From contig JALOOJ010000014.1 in the NCBI GenBank assembly GCA_025454475.1, forward strand, positions 179-64,178: 64,000 nt of DNA, read 5' to 3'. Positions 9,610-19,716 of this stretch are shown here, one piece after another. The notes below the pieces were generated by a model, which was not told the DNA's origin, made no database searches, and saw only the letters and a program-made list of their open reading frames with translations. This stretch comes from Anaerolineae bacterium. Its GTDB lineage: Bacteria; Chloroflexota; Anaerolineae; B4-G1; SLSP01. Position 1 is the first letter of the stretch; each line of letters opens with the position of its first letter. Both the position numbers and the translations under genes were made by a program.

Positions 9610-9951
9610 TTAGGGGCGGCTTTGCTCTGTGAGGGTGACGCCGACCTCGGTCGCGAAAGCAGTGATGGATTCGACCGCGAATCGCATGGCCGTGCGTTCC
9701 TTGCCATCGATGCTCACTTCCGAGAACGAGGGGATGCATGCGATCTCGATGGCGTCCAACTCGAGGTAGCCCCGTGCGATGGCGATAGCCTTGATAGCCT
9801 GGTTGACCGCGCCCGCCCCGATGGCCTGTACGTCTACGCGTCCCCTTTCTCTGATGATGCCTGCGATGGCCCCTGCCACTGCCGTGGCACGGGAGTTTGC
9901 TGCGACCTTGACGAGATCCACGGATGTCTCCTTGGGCACAGGTTGGTGCAC
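9610..9951 (-). CDS. spoVS: SpoVS-family protein (stage V sporulation protein S homolog)
   Basis: LKVAANSRATAVAGAIAGIIRERGRVDVQAIGAGAVNQAIKAIAIARGY matches the conserved SpoVS core. Start may be an internal Val/Met. Confidence 0.8.
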   Translation of the reverse strand: MHQPVPKETSVDLVKVAANSRATAVAGAIAGIIRERGRVDVQAIGAGAVNQAIKAIAIARGYLELDAIEIACIPSFSEVSIDGKERTAMRFAVESITAFATEVGVTLTEQSRP

Positions 9952-10130
9952 GCCCCGTGTTTATTATACCAATATTCGTGTTCCGAGGCAAGTAAATCTG
10001 TCGCTCGCCGTGGTTTGTGCCACTTTTGTATACCAGTTCGCCGCAAAGTTTGTTGATCGCGTGATCTTTGCGCATATTATCCTGGCTCGGGAAGTTGTCA
10101 GACCACCGCTCGTGAGTATAATCGCACGGG

Positions 10131-10745
10131 ATGTTCCATTATGGCGTGGCGTACAAACCTTACGGCGTTCTCAGCATTCATCACGAGGACCCACTCGGCC
10201 GGCGGACTTTGACTGCGATGGGTATTCCGACGACGCTGTCTTCCGCTGGGCGACTCGACCTCGACAGTGAGGGACTCTTGGTGCTCACCGATGACGGTCA
10301 GACGTTGCATCGCCTGACGCACCCGGCCTTCAGCCACGCGAAGACCTACTTTGTGCTCGTGCTGGGACATCCCGACGTCGAGGCGCTGCGATCCCTACGC
10401 CAAGGCGTGGAGATCAAGCTGGGGCGGACTCGCCCCGCCGATGTCGAGATCCTAGCCAACGCGCCGCCTCTCCCTCATGCGCCTGTGCCGCAGCCGCCGC
10501 CCGATCATACGACTTGGCTGCGCATCGTGCTCCATGAGGGGATGAACCGCCAGATCAAGCGCATGACAGCGGCAGTAGGTCACCCAACCGTGCGTCTGAC
10601 GCGCGTGGCGGTGGGGCATGTGACGTTACCGCCGGATCTTGCCCCCGGCACGTGGCGTGAGATGACTGCTGTCGAGCGTAAGGTGTTGCTTGACGATGCC
10701 TGGCCCAATGGCCGTCGGGCTGCCGTGCGCCGCCATCGTTTATAG
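10131..10745 (+). CDS. RsuA/RluB-family pseudouridine synthase catalytic domain (no S4 domain in this ORF)
   Basis: SAGRLDLDSEGLLVLTDDG (catalytic Asp motif), HAKTYFVLV, NRQIKRM. Confidence 0.75.
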   Translation: MFHYGVAYKPYGVLSIHHEDPLGRRTLTAMGIPTTLSSAGRLDLDSEGLLVLTDDGQTLHRLTHPAFSHAKTYFVLVLGHPDVEALRSLRQGVEIKLGRTRPADVEILANAPPLPHAPVPQPPPDHTTWLRIVLHEGMNRQIKRMTAAVGHPTVRLTRVAVGHVTLPPDLAPGTWREMTAVERKVLLDDAWPNGRRAAVRRHRL

Positions 10746-10759
10746 GTTCGGAGGTTCTC

Positions 10760-11497
10760 GTGAAGCTTTCTGTGATCATTCCTGCGTACAACGAGATCGA
10801 GACCATCGAGGAGATCATCGCCCGCGTGCGGAACGTACACCTTGAGATCCCAATCTGGTCAAGTCACGCGAGCGAGACGTTGGTCCAGATGGACCGCGAG
10901 ATCGTCGTCGTGGACGATGGTTCGACGGATGGTACGCGCGCTTATCTGGATACGCTCCGCGACGTTGAGGGAATCATCCCCATTTTTCATGAGCAGAACC
11001 AAGGCAAGGGTGGCGCTGTCTGGACCGGGCTCAAAGCGACGACGGGCGACATATGCCTTGTCCAGGACGCGGACCTTGAATATGACCCTCGCGAGTACAG
11101 CAAACTGCTGCAGCCCATCCTCGAGCACCGCACACACGTCGTCTATGGGTCTCGGTTCCGCGGTGGACCGACAAAAGCTATGTTCTTCTGGCATATGATG
11201 GGCAACCGCTTTCTGACCGCGGTTACGAATGTGCTCTACAACACGATTCTGAGCGACATGGAGACTTGCTACAAGGTCTTCACCCGCGAGGTGGCGGACC
11301 GTCTTCACTTGCAGGCGCGCGGTTGGGGGTTTGACCCTGAGATCACGGCTCAGATCCTGCTAAGTGGTTACCGCATTTATGAGGTGCCGATCTCCTACAG
11401 CGGCCGCGAATTTGCCGAGGGCAAGAAGATCTCCTGGCGCGATGGCTTCACGGTGCTCTGGACGCTGCTCAAGTACCGGATCGCGGGCTACCGCTAG
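10760..11497 (+). CDS. family 2 glycosyltransferase (DPM1-like)
   Basis: VIIPAYNE, VVDDGSTDGT, QDADLEYDP (DxD) motifs. Confidence 0.8.
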   Translation: MKLSVIIPAYNEIETIEEIIARVRNVHLEIPIWSSHASETLVQMDREIVVVDDGSTDGTRAYLDTLRDVEGIIPIFHEQNQGKGGAVWTGLKATTGDICLVQDADLEYDPREYSKLLQPILEHRTHVVYGSRFRGGPTKAMFFWHMMGNRFLTAVTNVLYNTILSDMETCYKVFTREVADRLHLQARGWGFDPEITAQILLSGYRIYEVPISYSGREFAEGKKISWRDGFTVLWTLLKYRIAGYR

Positions 11498-11617
11498 CGT
11501 CGCCGGTGTCTCATATTCCGCTTGGTATGGATGCCGCCGAATCTTCACTTGACGATTTGGCCGAGAATGCCATGATGGCTGTGTGAACGCCTCGGGTCCG
11601 GCTGAGGGGGACGTAGA

Positions 11618-13288
11618 GTGGGAGTGACGGAGTTCAGACTTCCTACGATCTCGCGCCCAATCCGGCATCTGCAACGTTACCGGCAGATCCTGATGGTCTT
11701 TACGCGCCACGGGTTTGGCTTCGCGCTCGCGCATCTTCCCACAGAGCCCCTCTGGTTACGCGACCTCTACCCCTATCCGAGACAGGAACGGGCTTCGCTG
11801 CCTTTCCACTTCCGCCAGGCTCTAGAGGAACTGGGGCCGGCATTCGTGAAACTGGGCCAGGTTCTGAGCACGCGTCCTGACTTGCTGCCGCCGGACTATA
11901 TCGTTGAGCTGACCAAGCTGCAGGACGAGGTCCCGCCCGTGGCTTGGGCCGAAATAGAGCACGTGCTTATCGGCGAATTGGGTCGCCCGTTGGACGAGGT
12001 ATTTGAGGAGATCAACACGCGACCCCTGGCAGCTGCTTCACTGGCACAAGTCCATCTTGCGAAGCTGAATACGCACGAGCGCGTGGCGCTGAAGGTTCAG
12101 CGACCGAATATCCTTCGCACACTCAAGACCGATTTGGAGATCATCCACGATATCGCTGAGTATGCCCAGGGCCATACGCCGCTAGGACATGTGTACAACC
12201 TTGAGGAAATTGCAGAAGACTTCGCGGACACGCTGAATCGCGAGCTTGATTACGTTGCAGAGGGCCGCAATGCGGACCGTTTCCGCCATAACTTTGCAGA
12301 TGAGTCTGGCGTCTACATCCCAGTGGTGCACTGGGATTTCACCACCAAGCGTCTTCTCGTTATGGAGTTCATCGAAGGCATCAAGATCGACCAGATCCGA
12401 GCCATCGATGGTGCAGGATACGATCGCGAGGAAATCGCCAAGAACGCTGCGCGGATGATCATCCAGGAAGTGCTGCTGGACGGCTTCTTCCACGCCGATC
12501 CACATCCCGGGAACTTCCTGGTCATGGAGGGTAATGTTATCGGTGCGCTCGACTTCGGCATGGTGGGATACCTGACTCGCGCCGATCGGGTGAACCTAAT
12601 CCGTCTCTATAACGTCGCCGTCCAGATGAACGCCAAAGGGGCAACCGAGGAACTCATTCATATCGGCGCGGCCCCCTACGATGTAGACCGGCGGGTCCTG
12701 ACGCGCGATATTGAGCGATTGCTGCAGCACTATGGTGGGCGTGCGCTCAAGGACATCCACCTCGGCGATCTGGTCGACGAGGTGATGCCCGTGATCTTCG
12801 AGCACCGGCTCAAGATGCCCACGAACTACTGGCTGTTGGCCAAGACCCTGGCGATGATGGAGGGTATAGGGCTCAAGCTGGCGCCGGGGTTCGACATCTT
12901 CGGTTTCTCCGCACCCTATGTCAATCGGCTCATTCTGGGCACTGTTGTGCCCGACGGACGGTGGCTTGGGGACATGGTGCGCCGCGGAATGTCGTGGATC
13001 GATCTGTTGGATGCACTTCCCCAGGCCGGCCGACTGCTAATCGACAGGTTAGAGAAGCACGAACCTGTCAGATTGGCGCTGGACGATCGCAGCCTCAACG
13101 TCCTTGACCGCCTTGCAACTCGGCTGGCGCTGAGCCTGATCGTCGCGGGGATGATCGTCGGACTGGCATGGCTGATACCCGCGGTCACTGGGGCCAACTG
13201 GCTCGTTCAGGCGTCTGTGATTGTCAGCTTCATCGTAGCGATTCTGATGGGATTCAGGATTCTGTGGTCCATCGTGCGTAAGCGGTGA
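11618..13288 (+). CDS. ubiB: ABC1/UbiB-family atypical protein kinase
   Basis: AarF/ABC1 kinase-like motifs (LGPAFVKLGQVLSTRPDLLP, FHADPHPGN, DFG) and C-terminal TM helices. Confidence 0.85.
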   Translation: MGVTEFRLPTISRPIRHLQRYRQILMVFTRHGFGFALAHLPTEPLWLRDLYPYPRQERASLPFHFRQALEELGPAFVKLGQVLSTRPDLLPPDYIVELTKLQDEVPPVAWAEIEHVLIGELGRPLDEVFEEINTRPLAAASLAQVHLAKLNTHERVALKVQRPNILRTLKTDLEIIHDIAEYAQGHTPLGHVYNLEEIAEDFADTLNRELDYVAEGRNADRFRHNFADESGVYIPVVHWDFTTKRLLVMEFIEGIKIDQIRAIDGAGYDREEIAKNAARMIIQEVLLDGFFHADPHPGNFLVMEGNVIGALDFGMVGYLTRADRVNLIRLYNVAVQMNAKGATEELIHIGAAPYDVDRRVLTRDIERLLQHYGGRALKDIHLGDLVDEVMPVIFEHRLKMPTNYWLLAKTLAMMEGIGLKLAPGFDIFGFSAPYVNRLILGTVVPDGRWLGDMVRRGMSWIDLLDALPQAGRLLIDRLEKHEPVRLALDDRSLNVLDRLATRLALSLIVAGMIVGLAWLIPAVTGANWLVQASVIVSFIVAILMGFRILWSIVRKR

Positions 13289-13313
13289 GGTAAACGCCTT
13301 ACAGCCGGTGCGG

Positions 13314-13341
13314 TTGCTCGCGAGTATCGCTATGTTACAAT
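13314..13341 (+). promoter_or_regulatory. promoter for pcrA (-35 TTGCTC 13314-13319, 16-nt spacer, -10 TACAAT 13336-13341); the -10 overlaps ATG 13340, so the ATG at 13349 is likely the leaderless start
   Basis: Hexamers read in the sequence. Second ATG (MKQDIH) lies 7 nt after the -10. Confidence 0.45.
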
Positions 13342-15532
13342 GGTGAGCATGAAACAGGACATTCATCCCCTCCTTCGCGTGCTCAATGAGCAGCAGCGCG
13401 CCGCGGTGACGACTCCCACAGGCCCGGTTCTGGTCCTCGCTGGCCCAGGCTCGGGCAAGACGCGCGTCCTGACCCATCGGATTGCCTGGATGCTATCCGA
13501 GATGCATGTGTCTCCCTGGCAGGTGCTGGCGGTCACTTTTACCAACAAGGCGGCTCGCGAGATGAACCATCGGTTGGGCACGATGTTGGGGGACACATCC
13601 GCCCGCGCGATGATGCTCGGCACATTTCACGCCACTTGCGCGCGAATCCTGCGGCGTGAGGGGGAGACGCTCGGCCTTTCACCAAACTACCTGATCTTTG
13701 ACACTGATGATCAGCTCACGGTGATGAAACAGGTCGTGGCGGATCTTGGGTTGGATGACAAGAAGTACCGGCCCCACAACCTGCTCAACGCGATCTCCTC
13801 GGCCAAGAACGAGCTGATTCTCCCGGCGGATTACCCGGTGCGTACGTATCACGACGAGATCGTCGCGCGAGCCTACGTCCGATATCAGCAGACACTGCGT
13901 AAGAACGACGGGCTCGACTTTGATGACTTGCTTATGGAGACCGCCCGGATGCTGCAGACGAACCCGACTGTGGTGCGTCAATACCGGGATCGCTTTCAGC
14001 ACATCCTGGTCGATGAGTTCCAGGACACGAACATCGCACAGTATGTGATTCTCAAGCAACTGGCTGCGGAGCATCACAGCCTCTATGTCGTCGCGGACGA
14101 GGATCAATCGATCTACTCGTGGCGGGGCGCGGATTACCGCAATATCGTGCGCTTGCGGGAGGATTTCCCAGAGCTCCTGGAGTTCCTTCTGGAGGAGAAC
14201 TACCGTTCCACACAGGTCATCCTCGACGGCGCACAGGCGATCATCGCGCAGAACTCCGATCGGACGCCCAAACATCTGTTCACTGAGAAAAAGGGCGGAC
14301 AGCCGATAAGCCTGAACGAGGCGTACGATGAGCAGGAGGAGGCCGATTTCGTCGCCGACGAGACGACGAGGCTGCTGCGTAACGGTCACAAGCACGGTGA
14401 TATCGCCGTGATGTACCGGACCAACGCACAATCGCGTGCTCTGGAGGAAAGCTTCATCCGGCACAACATTCCCTACCGACTGATCGGTGCGACGCGCTTC
14501 TACTCGCGCAAGGAGATCAAGGATGTTCTTGGCTATGTGCGCCTGGCGCACAACCCTGACGATGACGTAAGCTTTGCGCGTGTGATCAACGTCCCGCCGC
14601 GCGGAATCGGCGCCCGCACGATCAGCGCCGTGGCTGCCGCAGCGCAGCGTGCTGGGGGCAGTCTATACGCAGGGATGCTCGCGCTGATCCAAGCCGGCGG
14701 TCAGGGCGGACGGACGGAGCGTGCGTTGTCCGCTTTCGCCGCGATGGTCGCGCAGTGGGTGGTGCTACGGCAGGAGCTCAGCGTTGCCGGGCTGATAGAC
14801 CGTGTGGTGGCCGATACGGACTATGAGACGTTTATCCGTGATGGGAGCGACCAGGGCGAATCGCGGTGGGAGAATGTGCTGGCGCTGCGGGCAGTGGTGG
14901 CCGAGGCGCCTGACATATCGTTGACCGATTTTCTGACTGATGTGGCGTTGGTCGCCGATGTGGATGAGCTCTCCGAGGAGGTTGATGCGGTTACGCTGTT
15001 GACGCTGCACAGCGCGAAGGGGCTTGAGTACCCTGTTGTGTTTCTCACCGGTCTGGAAGAAGGACTGCTGCCGCACAGTCGGTCGATAGAGTCCGCAGTC
15101 GAGGTGGCCGAAGAGCGCCGTCTGCTCTACGTGGGCATGACGCGCGCCGAGCGGCGCCTCTATCTGACGTACGCTTTCCGCCGGAGCTGGCGGGGATTCA
15201 GGGACAGCGAGCCGTCAGCGCCGTCGCGGTTCCTGGAGGATCTGCCGGACGCGGTGCTCAAACAACCGCGGGACCGGGGTCGGCAGGCGACGAAAACCAG
15301 CTGGACACCTTCGTGGCGCGCGGCGCCAAAGCGAGCGGAGGCGCCGGTCCGTGTAGAATTGCAGTACCGCACCGGGCAGCGCGTGGCGCATGCGTTCTAT
15401 GGCGAGGGAATGGTGTTGGGCAGTGAGCTCGAGGGACGGCAGGAGATGGTGACCGTGCTGTTCGGCAACGGGATCGGTGTGAAGAAGCTCCTGAGCAGCA
15501 TGGCGCCAATGGAGCCGTTGCCGCAACACTGA
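13340..15532 (+). CDS. pcrA: ATP-dependent DNA helicase PcrA/UvrD (SF1)
   Basis: GPGSGKT (Ia), TFTNKAAREM, DEFQDTN (II), YRSTQ, VMYRTNAQSRALEE, LTLHSAKGLEYPVVF, LLYVGMTRAE motifs. True start may be 13349. Confidence 0.9.
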   Translation: MVSMKQDIHPLLRVLNEQQRAAVTTPTGPVLVLAGPGSGKTRVLTHRIAWMLSEMHVSPWQVLAVTFTNKAAREMNHRLGTMLGDTSARAMMLGTFHATCARILRREGETLGLSPNYLIFDTDDQLTVMKQVVADLGLDDKKYRPHNLLNAISSAKNELILPADYPVRTYHDEIVARAYVRYQQTLRKNDGLDFDDLLMETARMLQTNPTVVRQYRDRFQHILVDEFQDTNIAQYVILKQLAAEHHSLYVVADEDQSIYSWRGADYRNIVRLREDFPELLEFLLEENYRSTQVILDGAQAIIAQNSDRTPKHLFTEKKGGQPISLNEAYDEQEEADFVADETTRLLRNGHKHGDIAVMYRTNAQSRALEESFIRHNIPYRLIGATRFYSRKEIKDVLGYVRLAHNPDDDVSFARVINVPPRGIGARTISAVAAAAQRAGGSLYAGMLALIQAGGQGGRTERALSAFAAMVAQWVVLRQELSVAGLIDRVVADTDYETFIRDGSDQGESRWENVLALRAVVAEAPDISLTDFLTDVALVADVDELSEEVDAVTLLTLHSAKGLEYPVVFLTGLEEGLLPHSRSIESAVEVAEERRLLYVGMTRAERRLYLTYAFRRSWRGFRDSEPSAPSRFLEDLPDAVLKQPRDRGRQATKTSWTPSWRAAPKRAEAPVRVELQYRTGQRVAHAFYGEGMVLGSELEGRQEMVTVLFGNGIGVKKLLSSMAPMEPLPQH

Positions 15533-15540
15533 GGCGCATA

Positions 15541-17196
15541 TTGGATGCAGATCCTTTGAAAGGGTGCACGACGCAACACAAGGGGGACGCCATGGGAGCG
15601 CTGGGATCCGAATGCAGAGCACGCGACGTGCTGGTTGGCTTGTTGGCGGGCCTGCTGGTGTTTCTGGGGGTGCTTTCGTTCCTGGTTGGTGAGCGGGCGC
15701 ACGAGATCTTCCCCTCCGCACACAATTCCGCCCTTGTCTCCCTGCGCGAGGACCCGGTCGCGCTGGCGGCTGCCGATCGCGCCCGTGGCTTGTTGGTTGG
15801 TCCGCTCTATGTTCTAGCGGCGCCCAATGTGACGTGTACTGTCGATATCACGACGACGGATAGCGCCCCCGTGGGCAATCTGACGCTGGACACAGCCGCG
15901 AGTATCGCCAACTACACTGATCAGTCGCTGCTGGTAGGGACGGGCCCGCACGTCCCTGGAGCATCAGTGGAAACGCGGTCCGATTTCTATAGGCTCGATA
16001 ATGCTACGCCCGGCTACAAGTACACAGTGCAGGCCAAGCCGGACCGGACCATCAACTACAACCTGGGGATGATCGTCTACAATCGCGACAGGGTCGCGAT
16101 CATCACTGACACCAATACCTTTGACAACAACTTCGCAAGTGTGACCGTCACGGCTGACAACTTCGGCCCCTACTACTTCGAGATCTTCCAGATCAGCGAC
16201 CAGTGTTCGGGGCATACGTACAGCCTGATCCTGGGCTCAACGGCTCCGACACCTACCCCTTCGCCCACAGGGACTTCCCAACCTGCGGCAACAGCGACCC
16301 CTGTAGCGCCAAGTTGGATGACGGGTTTCGACCAGTACGAGCCCAACTACGACTTTGGTGTTGCCACGACTATCGCACCCGGCCTCAGCTATGAGATGAA
16401 CTTTGTCCCCTGGGGTGGGGCGGATGTCGACAACGACTTCCTCAAGGTTCGGGTCAAGCCTGGCCTGCAGCTGACGTGTGAGACCTCCGACCTCGACCCG
16501 GCGGTGGACCCGCGAATCGCCTTCTATACTGGTCCGGGCGAGCAGTTCTTCGTCATGGCTAATGACGATATCTCGCTCGGGGACTTTAACAGTCGGCTTT
16601 CGACTTACATTAGCTATGAAGGGTTCCTGTACATTCTGGTCGGGCAGGGGACCCGTATGGCCAAGCGCGATACGGTGAACAGTTCGTATACGATCTCCTG
16701 CCAGCTCACTGTGCCAGGCCAACCTACCACGCCGGGACAGCCCACTCCGATTAGCAAAGCACCCATTCCTGCGCCTGTTGCCACAGCTACGCCGCGGACG
16801 TCGCCTATCGACACGCCCACACCGCCCCCGGCGGCTCAGGATGTTCCGTTGACCTTCCGTCTCGTCACCCGGCCTGAAGCGCCGACGGAAACGCCGGCAC
16901 CCAACGAGTTCCGCACCTTCCGAGTCCTGGTCTACTTCGATGCGGACATGGATGGGGAGATGGGGGCTGGCGAAGGGGTGACCGGTTTCTTTGTTCTGGC
17001 CTTCTCTCCCGATGGTCAAACCGGGTTGGCTCAGGGGTACACCGACGAACTGGGTCAGCTCTCCTTTACTGTCCCGACGGTGAGCACCGTGCGCATCCTG
17101 GTGCCTCTGTTGGGCTATGATCGTCTGATCGAGTCCTCAAGACCCGAGGTGCGGGTGCGTATTGCGCCGCCCAACCTGCCGGAGATGATCCCGTGA
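15541..17196 (+). CDS. hypothetical membrane-anchored protein with two PPC-like beta domains separated by Pro/Thr-rich linkers
   Basis: N-terminal TM helix (LLAGLLVFLGVLSFLV); PT linkers (APTPTPSPTGTSQPAATATP and PGQPTTPGQPTP...TPTPPP). Start may be the internal Met at 15592. Confidence 0.5.
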   Translation: MDADPLKGCTTQHKGDAMGALGSECRARDVLVGLLAGLLVFLGVLSFLVGERAHEIFPSAHNSALVSLREDPVALAAADRARGLLVGPLYVLAAPNVTCTVDITTTDSAPVGNLTLDTAASIANYTDQSLLVGTGPHVPGASVETRSDFYRLDNATPGYKYTVQAKPDRTINYNLGMIVYNRDRVAIITDTNTFDNNFASVTVTADNFGPYYFEIFQISDQCSGHTYSLILGSTAPTPTPSPTGTSQPAATATPVAPSWMTGFDQYEPNYDFGVATTIAPGLSYEMNFVPWGGADVDNDFLKVRVKPGLQLTCETSDLDPAVDPRIAFYTGPGEQFFVMANDDISLGDFNSRLSTYISYEGFLYILVGQGTRMAKRDTVNSSYTISCQLTVPGQPTTPGQPTPISKAPIPAPVATATPRTSPIDTPTPPPAAQDVPLTFRLVTRPEAPTETPAPNEFRTFRVLVYFDADMDGEMGAGEGVTGFFVLAFSPDGQTGLAQGYTDELGQLSFTVPTVSTVRILVPLLGYDRLIESSRPEVRVRIAPPNLPEMIP

Positions 17197-17202
17197 TGCC
17201 AT

Positions 17203-18894
17203 TTGGCGAACAGTGATGAGGCAATATCCATGACCCAGAAAACCGTGAAGGACTACTACGCCGTCCTTGGGTTATCGTCACGGGCGTCGCTGGATGAGAT
17301 TCGGCTGGCCTATCGCAAGCAAGCGCGGGCCTACCATCCTGACCTGAGCACAGACCCGGATGCTGCAGAGCGGTTCCGGGAAGTGAACGAGGCGTATGAG
17401 GTCCTGGCCAATGCGGAGAAGCGTCATGCCTACGACTACTTCACTGCGGGGATGCCACCCCTGGAGACGCCCCAGATGGACGATGTGCCCCACCTTGATT
17501 CATCACCGCCGCTATCAGCCCCCTTTGCGCCATCTTTGGCTGGGCCCGGGCCCGTGATGCCGCCGCCGTTATCGGCAGCCAGGGCAGAGGCTCCGCGGCG
17601 GGTCTATCCGCCCACTTGGGCGATTCTGCTGATCGTGGTCGGCGCATGTACCATCGTTGGCGTTGGCATCGGAGCGTTCCTCTCGCTTCGGCGCAATCGC
17701 CCCACGGGCGGGGCTGGGGCCGTCGATGTGGTGAAGCTGGCCACGTTCCTCTCCCCGCCGTCGATTCCGGAGAATCTCACGGTTCTGCAAGAAGACGATA
17801 TGCCTTTGCGCACGGTCGCGCCCATCCAACTCATGGTAGGCGGTGATGTCTTCCCCGTTGTAGCCGTGGTTCCGGAGCAGGGGCGGTGGCCGATGCCTGC
17901 GGAACAAGAGCAGTTGGGGGTATGGATCCACGGGACGCTGATCAACTATGTGATCGGGATGCCCTACACGGCCGATATGGAGTATTTGCTCTCCGGGCTG
18001 ACGAGCAGCGATCGCCTTACGCTCACGCTGGAGAGTGGGATGGCCCTCGTGTTCGGATCTCCTCAGTTGAAACGCGTCGCGCTCGATGACATGTCACCGC
18101 TGGCTCAGGACACCCCGGAGCTCACGTTGTTGACGCTGGGCGACGGCCGCTCCAACCGTCTGGTCGTCAAGGCTCGATACCTGCCGGAGAACGTGGCTCC
18201 AGTCGTTGAACAGAGCGCCGATGGCCTTGGGGTCAAGATAATGCGTGCCGACGTGGTCCCGGGCGTGGCCCCCGACGATGGGGAATCGGCGTACTTCGTA
18301 GTCGAGTTTGAAGTGATCAATGGAAACGCGTCCGCTGTTAATCCGGCGTTCTTCGATATGGTGCTGGAGGATGGTCGCGGACAGCGATATATGCTGAATG
18401 ACACCGCGACAAGCAAGGGCAACTACGGCAAGCTCAGCCTGCCGGTTCTAGCTGGCGCGAGCGTCTCCGGCAGCGCCGGCTATGTGATACCACGTCAGGT
18501 TGTCGCGCCTCTCGTCTGGATTTTCAGGGCCGATGTGACTTCCAGCGATGTGGTCAGGTTTGTCACGAGCTACGAACCCCCTGCGCCAACGCCGGCGGCG
18601 CCCGAAGTTGAGCTTAGCGAAGCGTTCTTCGACCGGAATCGCGATGTGATTGTTATCTCGGGCACGGTCTACAATGATGGGGGCTCGAACTTGAGTGTTG
18701 CCGCTGAATCCGTTGAACTGACCTCCAGCATGGGCCAAAGCAGGCTGGTTGCCTCGACGCCGTTGTTGCCGTGGCCTATCATTCCCGGTAGCTACCAGGA
18801 CTTCGAGCTTCAGTTCGAGGCGCCGGCGAGCACCGACTCGGTGCTGCTCAACATCCTGGGGTTTACCTTCGAGATCGAGGGCTTGACCCCCTAA
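17203..18894 (+). CDS. J-domain (DnaJ-like) membrane protein with C-terminal extracytoplasmic DUF4352-like domains
   Basis: J domain DYYAVLGL...[12 protein letters not shown] (HPD motif), Pro-rich linker, TM helix ([22 protein letters not shown]), then beta-rich C-terminal domains. Confidence 0.7.
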   Translation: MANSDEAISMTQKTVKDYYAVLGLSSRASLDEIRLAYRKQARAYHPDLSTDPDAAERFREVNEAYEVLANAEKRHAYDYFTAGMPPLETPQMDDVPHLDSSPPLSAPFAPSLAGPGPVMPPPLSAARAEAPRRVYPPTWAILLIVVGACTIVGVGIGAFLSLRRNRPTGGAGAVDVVKLATFLSPPSIPENLTVLQEDDMPLRTVAPIQLMVGGDVFPVVAVVPEQGRWPMPAEQEQLGVWIHGTLINYVIGMPYTADMEYLLSGLTSSDRLTLTLESGMALVFGSPQLKRVALDDMSPLAQDTPELTLLTLGDGRSNRLVVKARYLPENVAPVVEQSADGLGVKIMRADVVPGVAPDDGESAYFVVEFEVINGNASAVNPAFFDMVLEDGRGQRYMLNDTATSKGNYGKLSLPVLAGASVSGSAGYVIPRQVVAPLVWIFRADVTSSDVVRFVTSYEPPAPTPAAPEVELSEAFFDRNRDVIVISGTVYNDGGSNLSVAAESVELTSSMGQSRLVASTPLLPWPIIPGSYQDFELQFEAPASTDSVLLNILGFTFEIEGLTP

Positions 18895-19709
18895 GCTTCC
18901 AGGACGATCAAGGCGCCGAAGCGACCTGTCCGGCCCCCTTCGGAACGGTGCGAGTACCACTCGTCTGTGCGGCACGCCGTGCAGATTCCTGCGTGGTCGA
19001 TCGCGCGGACCCCCAATGCTGTCAGCTGCGCATGGATTGCGCCCGGCAGGTCGAGGGTCCACTGGTCTGCCCGTCTGAAAGCGACCTGCGCTCCGGGAGG
19101 AAGCGTGGCCTGGACCGCGTCAACGACTGCGTCGCCCACCGCATAGTGGTCACTACAGATCGATGGGCCGATTCCTGCCCAGAGGTCGCTCGGATCTGTC
19201 CCGAAGGTTGCGGTCAGGTGCGCCAGGGCGGCGGGCACCACCTGTGCAGCTACGCCGCGCCAGCCGGCGTGTGCCAGGCCGATGACGTGGTGCACGGCGT
19301 CATAGAACAACACCGGAACACAGTCGGCAAAGCGCAGCAGGAGCGCTAAGCCGGGCTGGTTGGTGACGAGGGCGTCGGTCGCCGGGATCACCGAGCCCCC
19401 ATCGCGGCGGTCCGCTGTGGCGACGTGCGCGCCATGGACCTGGTGCGGGCTCACGACTGCGGCTCTCGATAGGCCCAGTGCCCCAAAGAGTCGCCGATGG
19501 TTCTCCTCAACGGCCCCAGGATCGTCGCCGACCGAACTACCAAGGTTCAGGGCGGCGAATGGGGCCCGGCTGACTCCACCCAGGCGCGTGACCATCGCGT
19601 GTTGGAAGCCCTTCAGGGAATGGATACCTCGATCCCCTGAAGGGCGCGGGTCTATGAAGTGGTACCAGGCGATGCCTGTTCCCGGATCCTCGACGCGCTG
19701 AAGGGGCAT
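18891..19709 (-). CDS. pgeF: peptidoglycan editing factor PgeF (YfiH/DUF152, laccase-domain purine nucleoside phosphorylase family)
   Basis: Conserved H and C motifs ([45 protein letters not shown]). Confidence 0.8.
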   Translation of the reverse strand: MPLQRVEDPGTGIAWYHFIDPRPSGDRGIHSLKGFQHAMVTRLGGVSRAPFAALNLGSSVGDDPGAVEENHRRLFGALGLSRAAVVSPHQVHGAHVATADRRDGGSVIPATDALVTNQPGLALLLRFADCVPVLFYDAVHHVIGLAHAGWRGVAAQVVPAALAHLTATFGTDPSDLWAGIGPSICSDHYAVGDAVVDAVQATLPPGAQVAFRRADQWTLDLPGAIHAQLTALGVRAIDHAGICTACRTDEWYSHRSEGGRTGRFGALIVLEA

Positions 19710-19716
19710 GCCGCCC

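Noticed and set aside
13679-14551. 290-aa minus-strand ORF
   Set aside because: Antisense to pcrA, which has a complete SF1 motif set.
16237-17019. 260-aa minus-strand ORF
   Set aside because: Antisense to the PT-linker protein; Arg-rich shadow frame.
18448-19062. 204-aa minus-strand ORF
   Set aside because: Overlaps the 3' end of the J-domain gene and pgeF; no support.
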